64,000 nt of DNA from assembly GCA_963667785.2 (NCBI GenBank), contig CAXXMU010000002.1, positions 512,001-576,000 of the forward strand. The letters run 5' to 3'. Below are positions 1-10,268 of this stretch, one piece after another. The translations under genes and the position numbers were made by a program. Origin of the DNA: Alphaproteobacteria bacterium. Lineage in GTDB: Bacteria > Pseudomonadota > Alphaproteobacteria > UBA828. Positions within the stretch are counted from its first letter, which is position 1. Each line of letters starts with the position of its first letter. Below the pieces are notes generated by a model. It saw only the letters and a list, made by a program, of their open reading frames with translations, did no database searches and had not been told where the DNA came from.

Positions 1-2
1 AC

Positions 3-185
3 AAGGGCAGCGCCCGCAGGCTGGTCGAGTTCGGCGAGATCGAGGGCCTGGAGGGCATCGAGACCATTGGAAAGCTCCCCGACCTGACGGGCGCCATGGA
101 GCGCGCCGGCTGGCCGGAAGGGCGTATCCGCAAGGTCATGGGCGAGAACTGGCTGCGCGTCCTCGCCGAGGTCTGGGCCGAGTAG
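3..185 (+). CDS. membrane dipeptidase (peptidase M19) family protein, C-terminal fragment (runs off window start)
   Basis: Manual translation KGSARRLVEFGEIEGLEGIETIGKLPDLTGAMERAGWPEGRIRKVMGENWLRVLAEVWAE* matches the typical M19 C-terminus (I.K.MG.NWLR). TAG at 183-185. Confidence 0.75.
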   Translation, partial: KGSARRLVEFGEIEGLEGIETIGKLPDLTGAMERAGWPEGRIRKVMGENWLRVLAEVWAE

Positions 186-324
186 GGGACAAGGGGACGA
201 GGGCGGACCCTCACGCGTCGGCAGGCGCGCGCAGCCCCGGCCTTGCCGGCGGCGCGGCGATGAGGCAAAGAACCGCAGCGGGCGCGCCGCCCGCGGCCGG
301 ACGCAGAGGGAGCACAGCATCGCC

Positions 325-1035
325 GTGACGCGCATCGTCCTCGTGACCCATTCCGAACGCGCCAATCCCGGCAGGGTGCGCGAGGCGCTGCACGCGCGCG
401 GCTGCGAGACCGAGGTCTGCCACGTCGCCGGCGGCGCGGACCTGCCGCCGATGAACGGCGTCCGCCTGCGGGGATACGACGCGGCGGTGGTGTTCGGCGG
501 GCCGATGAGCGCGTGCGACGTCGACGAGCACGCCTTCCTGCGGGAAGAGACCGCCTGGATCGGCGCCCAGCTCGCGGCGGACGCTCCCATTCTCGGCATC
601 TGCCTCGGCGCCCAGATCATGGCACGTGCGCTCGGCGGGCGCGTCTATCCCCACCCCGACGGTCTCTGCGAGGTCGGCTATCAGCCGCTCTACCCGGCCA
701 GCACGGACTGCCCGCTCTTCCCCTCGACGATCCACGTCTATCACTGGCATCGCGAGGGCTTCGACCTGCCGCCGGGGGCGAACCTGCTGGCGCGGGGCGG
801 CATCTTCGAAAACCAGGCCTTCGGCCACGGCAAACGCGCCTTCGGCGTCCAGTTCCACCCGGAGATGATGCCCGCGACGCTCGAACGCTGGCTCGGCAAC
901 GAGAAGGCCCAGAAATACTTTTCGCGCCCGGAGGTGCCGTCCGCCGACCGGCAGCGTGCCGACTCTCCCCGCTACGACCCGGGGGTGCAGCGCTGGCTGG
1001 ATCGCTTTCTCGATCGCTGGCTGGAGCGCTTCTGA
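325..1035 (+). CDS. class I glutamine amidotransferase-like protein
   Basis: GGPMS, ILGICLGAQ (nucleophile Cys), WH.EGF and GVQFHPE (His-Glu) motifs. Confidence 0.9.
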   Translation: MTRIVLVTHSERANPGRVREALHARGCETEVCHVAGGADLPPMNGVRLRGYDAAVVFGGPMSACDVDEHAFLREETAWIGAQLAADAPILGICLGAQIMARALGGRVYPHPDGLCEVGYQPLYPASTDCPLFPSTIHVYHWHREGFDLPPGANLLARGGIFENQAFGHGKRAFGVQFHPEMMPATLERWLGNEKAQKYFSRPEVPSADRQRADSPRYDPGVQRWLDRFLDRWLERF

Positions 1036-1211
1036 GGAGCGGGGCGGGCGCGGGGCTTATTTGTCGCTCACGGTAGCCGGCCGCCCCGCGATTCCGCGCG
1101 CCTGCCGGCACCTGCGCGGGCGCGCCGCATAAGAGGCGGGCCGCAGTCGCGGCCTGTCGCGTATCCGTCGAAGACGGATACGCTCTCGTCCTCCGCCCGT
1201 TCCAAGCGAAG

Positions 1212-1260
1212 AAAAGAGGCGGGAGGCGGCGGGGGGTGCGCGGACTCCCCGCCGCCTCCC
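1212..1260 (-). terminator. intrinsic terminator of the iorAB operon
   Basis: About 17-bp GC stem (1221-1237 with 1244-1260), 10 nt after the iorB stop. CTTTTC follows on the minus strand. Confidence 0.7.
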
Positions 1261-1270
1261 TTGAAGAACG

Positions 1271-3565
1271 CTATGCGGAGGCGAGCTGGTCGCCGATCGG
1301 CAGCCTCCGGATGCGCTTGCCGGTGGCCTGATAGATGGCGTTGACCAGCGCCGGCGCGTAGGGCGGCACGCCCGGCTCGCCCACTCCGCAGGGTCGCAGA
1401 TGCGTGAAGTCCTCCACGATGTGCGTGCGCACGTCGAGAGGCGCATCGTCCATGCGGGTGATGGTGTAGTCGTGGAAGTTGCTCTGGTCGACCGCCCCCT
1501 GGGTGGTGGTGATCTGCCCGTGCATCGCCACCGAATGGCCGTAGATGGCGGCACCCTCCATCTGCTTCTTCACGCCCTCCGGATTGACGTAGCGGCCGCA
1601 GTCGATCGCCATGTCCACCTGGGGGATGTGGAGGGAGCCGTCGCTCCGGACCACGACATGCACCGCGCACCCCACGTAGCTGTGGAAGCTGCGGTGACAG
1701 GCGATACCGAGCCCGTGACCCGCCGCCAGCGACTTGCCGTAGCCCGACTTCTCGGCCACCACGCGAAGCACGTTCGAGAGCCGCTTCGGCATGATCGGCC
1801 AGTCCTCGATGGAATCGCCGTAGTTCCAGTGCTCCGGGACGCCGTCCTTGGTCAGGTCCATGACGTCCGCATCGCCGATGAGCTCAAGCAGGAACTCGAC
1901 CGGGTCGCGGCCGGCAGCCTCCGCCAGCTCGTTCGCGAAGCAGTTCATCGCGTACGCGTGCTGGATGTTGTTGACCGAGCGGTACCAGCCGACCCGGATC
2001 ATGGCGTCGGCCTCGCCGTTCTCGATGCGGAGGTTCGGCACCTCGTTGTAGGGCGTGTCGATGAGGCCGAGTCCGTACTCCAGGGCGTGGCCGGTCCGCA
2101 TCGCCGGCGCCCAGAGCGCGATGAGCGTGGGCCACGCGCCCGAGTGGTGCCACGCCGTGACCTTTCCGGATGCGTCAATCCCCGCCTTCAGGCGATGGGC
2201 GCTCGCGGCGTGGTAGAAGCCGTGCCGGATCTCGTCCTCGCGGGTCCACTGCACCCGCACCGGAGCGCCGATCTTGGCGGACAGGATCGCCGCCTCGCAG
2301 GCGAAGTCGGGCTTCGACTTGCGGCCGAAGCCGCCGCCCAGCAGCGTCACCTCGCACTCGACGTCGGTCTGCTCGAGACCGAGCGCCTCCGCCACGTATT
2401 GCCGGACCCAGTTGGGCGCCTGGGTTGAGGTCACGACCTTGACCGGCATCTGCGTGGCGTCGACCAGCGCGACCGGCGGCTCCATCGGCGTGTGGATGAA
2501 GTAGGGCACGAAGTACTCGGCCTCGAGCGCCTGGGTGGCCGAGGCAAGCGCTTCGTCGACATTGCCGCGGTCGCGGATGACGTGGCCGCCGGCATGGGCC
2601 GAGGCCATGAGCTCGTCGTCGTAGGTGCTCGAATCGTGCTTCACGTTCGGGCCGTCGTCCCACTCGATGACGAGCCGATCGCGCCCCTCCATCACCGACC
2701 AGGTGTTGGTGCCGATCACGGCGACGCCGCCGAGCGCCCGGAATTCCGCCGGCTTGTCGTCGGCGAGCGCGGGGATCTCCATCACCTGCTCCACGCCCTG
2801 AACCTTGAGCGCCTCGGTGGCGTCGAACGACTTCACCTTGCCGCGGTAGACCGGCGGGCGCGCCACGACGGCGATCTTCATGCCGGGCACGCTGATGTCG
2901 GCGCCGTAGGTGGCGCCGCCGGTGCTCATGTCGTAGTTGTCGACCACCGGCATGTCGCGGCCGATGTACTTCCACTGCGACTTGTCCTTGAGCTTCGGCG
3001 CGGCATCGCCCGTCGGCACGACGATATCGGCCGCCGCATCCACCACCTCGCCGAAATCGAACCAGCGGCCGGTGCCGGTGTGGTAGAGGCGGTGATCCTT
3101 GGCATAGACCTCGCCGGGATCGACGCCCCACTTCTTCGCCGCCGCCTGCTCCAGCACGTAGCGGCCCGCGGCGCCCAGCTCCCGCATGATCTCGAAATGA
3201 TGGCGGGTGCTGCGCGAGCCGTCGGTGTTCTGCTGGTCCTTGCCGGCCGGGTCGAACTTGGTCTCGTCGCCCGGCGCCTGCCAGATCTTCACCCGCTGCC
3301 AGTCGGCCTCGAGCTCGTCGGCCAGGATCATCGGGATGCCCGTGCGCACGCCCTGCCCCATCTCGGAGCGGCTGCACGTGAGGGTCACCGTTCCGTCGTC
3401 GGCGATCTCGACGAAGAGATTGGGCTTGACCGAGGCGCCGTTGCCCTGGCCGCGCGCCGCCCCGATCATGGAGCCGGTGGTGACGTTGGCGCCGAGCACC
3501 AGGGCGCCGGTGACGCCGGAGGCCTTGAGGAAGGTCCGCCGGCTGATGTTCTGCACGCCCAACAT
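1271..3565 (-). CDS. iorB: molybdopterin oxidoreductase large subunit (isoquinoline 1-oxidoreductase beta / aldehyde dehydrogenase type), Tat-exported
   Basis: SRRTFLK twin-arginine signal, SEMGQG, TDGSRS, LGGGFGRK and GVGEPG motifs. Start corrected to ATG 3565, just after the iorA stop. Confidence 0.9.
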   Translation of the reverse strand: MLGVQNISRRTFLKASGVTGALVLGANVTTGSMIGAARGQGNGASVKPNLFVEIADDGTVTLTCSRSEMGQGVRTGIPMILADELEADWQRVKIWQAPGDETKFDPAGKDQQNTDGSRSTRHHFEIMRELGAAGRYVLEQAAAKKWGVDPGEVYAKDHRLYHTGTGRWFDFGEVVDAAADIVVPTGDAAPKLKDKSQWKYIGRDMPVVDNYDMSTGGATYGADISVPGMKIAVVARPPVYRGKVKSFDATEALKVQGVEQVMEIPALADDKPAEFRALGGVAVIGTNTWSVMEGRDRLVIEWDDGPNVKHDSSTYDDELMASAHAGGHVIRDRGNVDEALASATQALEAEYFVPYFIHTPMEPPVALVDATQMPVKVVTSTQAPNWVRQYVAEALGLEQTDVECEVTLLGGGFGRKSKPDFACEAAILSAKIGAPVRVQWTREDEIRHGFYHAASAHRLKAGIDASGKVTAWHHSGAWPTLIALWAPAMRTGHALEYGLGLIDTPYNEVPNLRIENGEADAMIRVGWYRSVNNIQHAYAMNCFANELAEAAGRDPVEFLLELIGDADVMDLTKDGVPEHWNYGDSIEDWPIMPKRLSNVLRVVAEKSGYGKSLAAGHGLGIACHRSFHSYVGCAVHVVVRSDGSLHIPQVDMAIDCGRYVNPEGVKKQMEGAAIYGHSVAMHGQITTTQGAVDQSNFHDYTITRMDDAPLDVRTHIVEDFTHLRPCGVGEPGVPPYAPALVNAIYQATGKRIRRLPIGDQLASA

Positions 3566-3567
3566 GG

Positions 3568-4020
3568 CTAGACCTCCTGCGCGGCGGTGCGGACCGCAGC
3601 GAAGATCCGCTGGTAGGTGCCGCAGCGACAGATGTTGCCGGCCATGCCGTCGACGATCTCCTCGTCGCTCGGGTCCGGGTTCTCGTTGAGCAGTGCCGCC
3701 GCCGACATGATCTGTCCGGACTGGCAGTAGCCGCACTGCGGCACGTTGTGTGCGCGCCAGGCCCGCTGCACGGGGTGGTTGCCCTCGGAATCCAGCCCCT
3801 CGATGGTGGTCACGTCCTTGCCGTCGGCTTCCGATATGGGCGTGACGCAGGAGCGGACGGCCTCACCGTCCACGTGCAGGGTGCAGGCGCCGCAGAGCGC
3901 CGCGCCGCAGCCGAACTTGGTGCCCGTCAGCCCGAGCTCGTCCCGGACATACCAGAGAAGCGGCATGTCCGGAGAGCCGTGGAACTGACGGCTGATTCCG
4001 TTGATCTTCATGGATATCAT
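3568..4020 (-). CDS. iorA: (2Fe-2S)-binding small subunit of the molybdo-oxidoreductase
   Basis: [24 protein letters not shown] and NICRCGTY motifs. GGAGGA RBS. Confidence 0.93.
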   Translation of the reverse strand: MISMKINGISRQFHGSPDMPLLWYVRDELGLTGTKFGCGAALCGACTLHVDGEAVRSCVTPISEADGKDVTTIEGLDSEGNHPVQRAWRAHNVPQCGYCQSGQIMSAAALLNENPDPSDEEIVDGMAGNICRCGTYQRIFAAVRTAAQEV

Positions 4021-4142
4021 CGGGTTCCTCCCTTGGTCGTCGTCGACCTGTCCCCGCCGGGAAGACTGTCGGGAATGTTAGTCGATGCCCGGTGCCATCT
4101 CCAGCAGGATCGGACCGGCGCGCCGAAGTCGCGCGGGCTCGC

Positions 4143-5000
4143 TCAGAGCCCGTAGCGGGACCACCACAGGCGGGCCTCGATCGCCCCCAGAAGATCGCCC
4201 GCCAGCGAGCCCGCATCCTCGCTGCCCTCCGCCAGCAGGATGCCGGGCCTGAGCCGCCGCGCGAGCCAGCCGCGCGGGCGACCGACCCGGCGCAGGACGA
4301 CCTTGCGCCCGTAGCGCTCGCGCAGGACGCTGCGGATATCGCCGATACCGTCGGCGAGACCGAGCCCGATCGCCTTGCGGCCGAGCCAGAACTCGCCGCT
4401 GAAGAGATCCGGATCGCTTTCGGCCAGCCGTGCGCCGCGCCGGGCGCGCACCAGCTCCCTGAAGTTGCCGTGAAGCTCCTCCTGGATGCGGCGCAGGCGG
4501 TCGAGGTCGTCCGGCTCGACCGAGAGGAACGGGTCGAGCATCGCCTTCTTCTCGCCGGCGGTGTAGAGCCGCCGCTCGATGCCGAGCTTGCCGAGCGCCT
4601 CCTGGAAGCCGAAGCCGGAATAGACGACGCCGATGCTGCCCACGATCGAGTTGTCGTCCACGAAGATCTCGTCCGCCGCGGCGGCGAGCCAATAGCCGCC
4701 GGACGCCGCGACATCCTCGACGAAGGCCATGACCGGCACGTCGCGCTCGCCCGCAAGGGCGCGAATGCGGTTGTGGATCAGCGCCGCCTGGGCGGGCGAG
4801 CCTCCCGGCGAGTTGATCTCGAGCGCCACGGCCTTGAGCCCCGGCAGCCGGAACGCCCGCTGCAGCACGGGCCCGGCCGCCTCCATGTTGATGCGGCCGC
4901 CGATCATGCTCGTCTGCCCGATCACGCCGGCGAGACGGACGACGGCGACGATTGGCGGCGGCCGCCGGAAGGTCGCGCGCGCCAGCACCCGGCGCATCAT
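4143..5000 (-). CDS. S49 family signal peptide peptidase (SppA-like)
   Basis: INSPGGS, DVAASGGYWLA and SIVGSIGV motifs. Start overlaps the upstream stop (GTGATGATG). Confidence 0.9.
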   Translation of the reverse strand: MMRRVLARATFRRPPPIVAVVRLAGVIGQTSMIGGRINMEAAGPVLQRAFRLPGLKAVALEINSPGGSPAQAALIHNRIRALAGERDVPVMAFVEDVAASGGYWLAAAADEIFVDDNSIVGSIGVVYSGFGFQEALGKLGIERRLYTAGEKKAMLDPFLSVEPDDLDRLRRIQEELHGNFRELVRARRGARLAESDPDLFSGEFWLGRKAIGLGLADGIGDIRSVLRERYGRKVVLRRVGRPRGWLARRLRPGILLAEGSEDAGSLAGDLLGAIEARLWWSRYGL

Positions 5001-5818
5001 CACGACTCCTCCTCCCGCTCTTCCTCCTGCTCCTCGTCCTGTGAAAGCGGCAGCGCGCTGCCGCCGCGCAGGACGCGGTCGGCCGCGTGGGTGTACTTGC
5101 CGTCCGCCTCGTGCAGGATCATGCCGCCCGAGAGCTGCAGGGGCCCGCCGTGCTCGGCCGTCGCCTGCACGATGATCCGGTTCGCGGCCCTCTTGGTCCG
5201 GGCGCCCCCGAAGGGATTGTGCGACCAGAGCGGATAGACGATGACGGCGCCGGCACGCGAGAGCGAGAAAGCGCCCAGAATCTGCGCCAGCCGCTCCGGC
5301 CGGTGGATGATCGTGATCGAGCCGCCCGGACGCACCATCCTGGTGCAGAAGTCGAGCCAGGCATCGAGCCCTCCCGCGCCCTCCACTGTCGCCTGCGCTC
5401 GGGCGCGCGACGAGGGCGGCTGGCTCGACTTTTGCTCGAAGAAGGGCGGATTCGCGAAGACATGGTCGAAGCTCTTCGGCGCCAGCTTGGGCGGCGGCCG
5501 CTCGAAGTCGCCGAGCAGGACGTCGATCCGGTCTTCGAGCCCGTTCAGCGCCGCATTGTCGGCGGCCTGCTGCGCGAATGACCGCTCGATCTCGATCCCG
5601 GTGACTTGCAGGCCGTTCACGCGGCTCGCGAGGCAAAGGGCGCCCGCGCCCACGCCGCAGCCCACGTCGAGAGCCCGCTCCCCGTCCGACGCCGGCACCG
5701 AGGCCGCGAGCAGGACCGGATCGATGGCGACCCGATAGCCCGCCGCCGGCTGCTGCAGGGCGACCCTGCCGCCGAGCAGCGTATCGCTCGTCACCCGCGC
5801 GGACTCGGACTCAGACAT
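5000..5818 (-). CDS. tRNA1(Val) (adenine37-N6)-methyltransferase-like SAM methyltransferase
   Basis: GYRVAIDPVLLAA, LDVGCGVG and ANPPF motifs. Conserved alphaproteobacterial DUF2007-MTase-sppA context. Confidence 0.82.
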   Translation of the reverse strand: MSESESARVTSDTLLGGRVALQQPAAGYRVAIDPVLLAASVPASDGERALDVGCGVGAGALCLASRVNGLQVTGIEIERSFAQQAADNAALNGLEDRIDVLLGDFERPPPKLAPKSFDHVFANPPFFEQKSSQPPSSRARAQATVEGAGGLDAWLDFCTRMVRPGGSITIIHRPERLAQILGAFSLSRAGAVIVYPLWSHNPFGGARTKRAANRIIVQATAEHGGPLQLSGGMILHEADGKYTHAADRVLRGGSALPLSQDEEQEEEREEES

Positions 5819-6023
5819 CGAGCGCGCCCACCTCCCTGAGGATGCGCCGCGCCGCCTCCGCATCCTCGTCGCAGACCATGAGGCGCCGCGGGATCGCCCC
5901 GGCGCTGCCCTCGAGCACGCTCATGTGCTGATCCAGCACGACCGGCTCGATCCCGCCGTCTCTCAGCACGGCATCGAGAAACGAGAGCTGCACCAGGTCG
6001 TTCGTGCGAAGGAGCTCGATCAT
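5811..6023 (-). CDS. DUF2007 domain protein
   Basis: 70 aa, ELLRTND...LDQHMSVLEGS.GAIPRRLMV. Typical position divergent from ispB. Confidence 0.85.
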   Translation of the reverse strand: MIELLRTNDLVQLSFLDAVLRDGGIEPVVLDQHMSVLEGSAGAIPRRLMVCDEDAEAARRILREVGALDV

Positions 6024-6143
6024 TCTTTTCCGCCTTCCGGCCTACGCGGTCCGTGCTGGGTCGCGTGCCGGATGCTAGGGTGCGGCGTAGCGCGATCGTG
6101 CATGGATGCCCTTGCGCGCGCGCCTCGTCAAGCGAGAGGGTCG

Positions 6144-7193
6144 ATGGCGGAAACGATCGTTCCGCTCAAGCGGGCGCAGGCGGAGCGGCCTGCCGCGCGG
6201 CGCAAGGGTGCGGAGGGCGCGTCGCTGGACCATCTTCACGGTCTGGTCGCGGACGACCTGCGCGCCGTCAACGGCGTCATCCTCGACAACATGCACAGCC
6301 CGGTGGTGCTCATCTCCGAGCTTGCCGCGCACATCGTCGCGGCGGGCGGAAAGCGGCTCAGGCCGATGCTGACGCTCGGTGCCGCCCGCCTCTGCGGCTA
6401 TACCGGCAAGCGCCACGTCGATCTCGCCGCCTGCGTCGAGTTCATCCATACCGCGACGCTGCTCCACGACGACGTCGTCGACGACAGCGCGCTCAGGCGG
6501 GGCGCGGCGACGGCGAACGCGCTCTGGGGCAACAAGCCGAGCGTTCTCGTCGGCGACTTCCTGTTCAGCCGCGCCTTCCAGATCTCCGTCGCCGACGGCT
6601 CGCTCCGGGTGCTCGGCATCCTCGCCGATACCGCCGCCACGCTCGCCGAGGGCGAGGTGATGCAGCTCACCACCTCCAACGATACCGAGACCAGCGAGGC
6701 CTCCTACCTGAAGGTCGTCACGGCGAAGACCGCCGCGCTCTTCGCTGCCGCCTGCCGGCTCGGCGCGGTGGTGGCGGAGCGTCCCGCCGCAGAGGAGGAG
6801 GCTCTCAGGAGCTTCGGCCTCAACCTCGGCATCGCCTATCAGCTCGTCGACGACGCGCTCGACTACGGCGCCCGGGAAGCGGTCCTCGGCAAGTCGGTCG
6901 GCGACGACTTCCGGGACGGCAAGATCACCCTGCCGGTGGTGCTCGCGTTCCGCCGGGGCGACGAGGAAGAGCGCGCCTTCTGGCGCCGCACCATGGAGGA
7001 GGGGGAGCTGGAGGAGGAGGACTTCTCCCGGGCGATGGCGCTGCTCACCCGCCACGGCACGATCGAGGACTCGATCGAGCGGGCGCGCCACTACAGCGCC
7101 ATGGCGTGCGATGCGCTCGGCCTCTTCCCCGCGTCGGACGCGAAGGACGCCCTGCTTGCCGTCGTGGAATTCTGCACCCGCCGGGCACACTGA
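6144..7193 (+). CDS. ispB: polyprenyl (octa/decaprenyl) diphosphate synthase
   Basis: GGKRLRP, LLHDDVVD (first Asp-rich motif) and YQLVDDALD (second) motifs. Confidence 0.93.
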   Translation: MAETIVPLKRAQAERPAARRKGAEGASLDHLHGLVADDLRAVNGVILDNMHSPVVLISELAAHIVAAGGKRLRPMLTLGAARLCGYTGKRHVDLAACVEFIHTATLLHDDVVDDSALRRGAATANALWGNKPSVLVGDFLFSRAFQISVADGSLRVLGILADTAATLAEGEVMQLTTSNDTETSEASYLKVVTAKTAALFAAACRLGAVVAERPAAEEEALRSFGLNLGIAYQLVDDALDYGAREAVLGKSVGDDFRDGKITLPVVLAFRRGDEEERAFWRRTMEEGELEEEDFSRAMALLTRHGTIEDSIERARHYSAMACDALGLFPASDAKDALLAVVEFCTRRAH

Positions 7194-7210
7194 CGCCGGG
7201 GGTCAGGGTC

Positions 7211-7729
7211 TCAGCCCAGCTCCTTCGCCATCCTGAAGTCCACGAGGCGGGCGCTGTCGGCGCGGAAGGCGGACCAGCTCTCGATGCCGGTCTCGAAGAC
7301 GGCGAGCGCGGCGGTCGGAAACCGCGTGGAAAGCCGCCTGAACGCCGGTCCCGGCCCGTATCGGCCGAGCGCCAGCGCCAGCGCGTGGAGGCCGGGATTG
7401 TGGCCGACGACGAGGACGCCGGATTCGGCCCCGCCCGCCTCGGCCACGGCGTGCAGCAGGGTCTCGGGGCTGCCCATGTAGAGGCTTTCCACCACCCGCC
7501 GCGCCAGGCTCTCGCCGAAGCCTTCGCAGAACGAGTCGCAGGTTTCCACGGTGCGCCGCGCAGGCGAGCAGAGGATCAGCGTCGGCGGCGCGGCCTGCTC
7601 GCGGCAGAAGACGCCCACGCGCCGGCTCTCCCGCCGGCCCCTGCCGACCAGCGCGCGCTCGCGGTCGCCGCCGCCGGGCGGCATGCCGGCCTCGGCCTTG
7701 CCGTGGCGCATCAGGTAGAGCCGCCGCAC
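7211..7729 (-). CDS. SixA-type histidine phosphatase
   Basis: LMRHGKA, SPARRT.ET and VVGHNPG motifs. Probable GTG start at 7729. Confidence 0.88.
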   Translation of the reverse strand: MRRLYLMRHGKAEAGMPPGGGDRERALVGRGRRESRRVGVFCREQAAPPTLILCSPARRTVETCDSFCEGFGESLARRVVESLYMGSPETLLHAVAEAGGAESGVLVVGHNPGLHALALALGRYGPGPAFRRLSTRFPTAALAVFETGIESWSAFRADSARLVDFRMAKELG

Positions 7730-7830
7730 ACCTCGCTCCCCGTCACGCGTGCCCCTGTGGCCGCATTCGCCGTTTGCATTCACCGTGGCGCGCGACCAGA
7801 ATTGCGCCCCCTTTCGACGACCGGGAGATC

Positions 7831-9474
7831 ATGATGGGCGGGCAGCGCACCGGCAAGAGTCCGTATGAGGACGGGCTCGGGCGCAACGACGCGAACTACG
7901 TTCCCCTGACCCCGCTTTCCTTCCTGCGCCGCGCCGCGGCGGTCTTCCCCGAGCGGACGGCGTGGATCCACGGCTCCCGCCGGGCGAGCTACGCCGCGTT
8001 CTACGCGCGCTGCCGGCGCCTCGCCTCCGCGCTGGCCGCACGCGGCGTCGTCAAGGGCGACACGGTGGCGATCATGTCTCCCAACACGCCCGGCATGCTG
8101 GAGGCGCACTACGGCGTTCCCATGTGCGGCGCCGTCCTCAACGCGCTGAACTACAGGCTCGATGCGGCCTCGCTCGCCTTCATCCTCGATCACGCCCGGG
8201 TCGAGGTGCTGCTCACCGACCGCTCGTTCTCGCCGGTGATCGCGGATGCTCTGGCCCAGGCCGACGTCACGCCGCTCGTCATCGACATCGACGATACGCC
8301 GGAAGACGGCGGCGACCTGATCGGCGCGCTCGAGTACGAGACGCTGCTCGCCGAGGGCGATCCCGACTACGACTGGCCCTGGCCCGGCGACGAGTGGGAC
8401 GCGATCTCCCTCAACTACACCTCAGGCACCACCGGCAACCCAAAGGGCGTCGTCTATCACCACCGGGGCGCTTATCTGAACGCGCTCGGCGATGGCGTCA
8501 CCTGGGCCATGCCGCATGGGCCGGTCTATCTCTGGACGCTGCCCATGTTCCACTGCAACGGCTGGTGCTTTCCCTGGGCGGTCTGCGCCTATGCCGGCAC
8601 CCATGTCTGCCTGCGCCGGGTCGAGGCTGGCGCCATCTTCCAGGCGATCGCCGAGCACCGCGTCACGCACTTCTGCGGCGCGCCCATCGTCCTCAACCTG
8701 CTCAACAATGCGAGCGACGACGAGCGTGTGCCCTTCGACCACCCGGTCGAGGTGATGACCGCGGCCGCGCCGCCGCCGGCCGCCGTCATCGCGCGGATGG
8801 AGGAGGCCGGCTTCCGCGTCACCCACGTCTACGGCCTCACCGAGGTCTACGGCCCGGTGACGGTGTGCGACTGGCACGACGAATGGAGCGCGCTGCCGCT
8901 CGACGAGCAGGCGGCGCTGAAGGCGCGCCAAGGTGTGCCCTACGCCACGCTGGACGGGCTCATGGTGGCCGATTCCGGGACGCTGGAGCCGGTGCCGGCG
9001 GACGGCGAGACCATGGGCGAGGTCTTCATGCGCGGCAACACGGTGATGAAGGGCTATCTCGGCAATCCGCAGGCGACCGAGGAGGCCTTCGCCGGCGGCT
9101 GGTTCCATACCGGCGACCTCGGCGTCGTCCACGCCGACGGCTACATCCAGCTCAAGGACCGGGCCAAAGACATCATCATCTCGGGCGGCGAGAACATCTC
9201 GACCATCGAGGTGGAGGGCGCGCTCTACCGCCACCCGGCGGTGCTGGAAGCCGCCGTGGTGGCGCGCCCCGACGAGACCTGGGGCGAGACGCCGTGCGCC
9301 TTCGTCACGCTCAAGGATGGCGCGGAGGCGGACGAGGCGTCGCTGATCGCGTTCTGCCGGGGCGAGCTTGCTCACTTCAAGTGCCCGAAGACCGTGGTGT
9401 TCGGCTCGCTGCCGAAGACCTCGACCGGCAAGATTCGCAAGTACGTTCTCAGGGAGCGCGCCGCCGCGCTCTGA
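7831..9474 (+). CDS. acyl-CoA synthetase (AMP-forming)
   Basis: NYTSGTTGNPKG, YGLTE, FHTGDL, IISGGENIS and PKTSTGKI motifs. Confidence 0.93.
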   Translation: MMGGQRTGKSPYEDGLGRNDANYVPLTPLSFLRRAAAVFPERTAWIHGSRRASYAAFYARCRRLASALAARGVVKGDTVAIMSPNTPGMLEAHYGVPMCGAVLNALNYRLDAASLAFILDHARVEVLLTDRSFSPVIADALAQADVTPLVIDIDDTPEDGGDLIGALEYETLLAEGDPDYDWPWPGDEWDAISLNYTSGTTGNPKGVVYHHRGAYLNALGDGVTWAMPHGPVYLWTLPMFHCNGWCFPWAVCAYAGTHVCLRRVEAGAIFQAIAEHRVTHFCGAPIVLNLLNNASDDERVPFDHPVEVMTAAAPPPAAVIARMEEAGFRVTHVYGLTEVYGPVTVCDWHDEWSALPLDEQAALKARQGVPYATLDGLMVADSGTLEPVPADGETMGEVFMRGNTVMKGYLGNPQATEEAFAGGWFHTGDLGVVHADGYIQLKDRAKDIIISGGENISTIEVEGALYRHPAVLEAAVVARPDETWGETPCAFVTLKDGAEADEASLIAFCRGELAHFKCPKTVVFGSLPKTSTGKIRKYVLRERAAAL

Positions 9475-9500
9475 CGCGGCGCCGGGAGGGCGGGCGAGCG

Positions 9501-10262
9501 ATGCGACCCACCGTGACCGCCCTCGCCGCGCTCGTTCTCGCCACGCTGCTGCCGTTCGCGACCGGCCCTGCCACCACCTCTGCCGCTGCCGCCGAGGACG
9601 ATCCGTTCGCCGCCGCGCGGGCCGCCATGGTGCGCGCCGTCACCCTCGATGCGGAACAGACCGCCGCCTGGATCGGCAAGTCGGCGCTGGCGCCCCGGGT
9701 GATGGAGGCGATGGGGCGGGTGCCGCGCCATCTCTTCGTGCCGCCGGAGCTGCAGAGCCTCGCCTACGAGAACAGGCCGCTCCCCATCGGCTACGGCCAG
9801 ACCATCTCGCAGCCCTACATCGTCGCGCTTATGACCGACCTGCTGGCGCCGCAGCCCGACGACATCGCCTTCGAGCTCGGCACCGGGTCAGCCTATCAGG
9901 CGGCGGTGCTGGCGGAGCTGGTGGCCGAGGTCAAGACGGTCGAGATCGTGCCGCCGCTCGCGGCGAACGCCGCCCGGCGGCTCGAGCTGCTCGGCTACGA
10001 CAATGTGGAGGTACGCGCCGGCGACGGCTATCACGGCTGGCCGGAGCATGCGCCCTTCGACGTCATCGTCGTCACGGCCGCCGCGAGCCATGTGCCGCCG
10101 CCGCTGATCGCCCAGCTCCGACCGGGCGGGCGCATGGTGATCCCGGTGGGCAGCCCCTTCCTCACCCAGCAGCTCCTGCTCGTCGAGAAGGGGGCCGACG
10201 GCGCCGTCACCAGCCGCCAGATCCTGCCGGTGATCTTCGTACCGCTCACCGGCGGGCACTGA
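9501..10262 (+). CDS. pcm: protein-L-isoaspartate O-methyltransferase with N-terminal signal-peptide-like extension
   Basis: VPRHLFVP, PIGYGQTISQPY, ELGTGSAYQAA, APFDVIVVTAAA and QLRPGGRMVIPVG motifs. Hydrophobic leader MRPTVTALAALVLATLLPFA. Confidence 0.92.
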   Translation: MRPTVTALAALVLATLLPFATGPATTSAAAAEDDPFAAARAAMVRAVTLDAEQTAAWIGKSALAPRVMEAMGRVPRHLFVPPELQSLAYENRPLPIGYGQTISQPYIVALMTDLLAPQPDDIAFELGTGSAYQAAVLAELVAEVKTVEIVPPLAANAARRLELLGYDNVEVRAGDGYHGWPEHAPFDVIVVTAAASHVPPPLIAQLRPGGRMVIPVGSPFLTQQLLLVEKGADGAVTSRQILPVIFVPLTGGH

Positions 10263-10268
10263 CGCAAC

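Noticed and set aside
7962-10262. 766-aa ORF suggesting a large Pcm fusion
   Set aside because: The N-terminal part is an off-frame overlap with the acyl-CoA synthetase. The plausible start is ATG 9501 after GGAGG.
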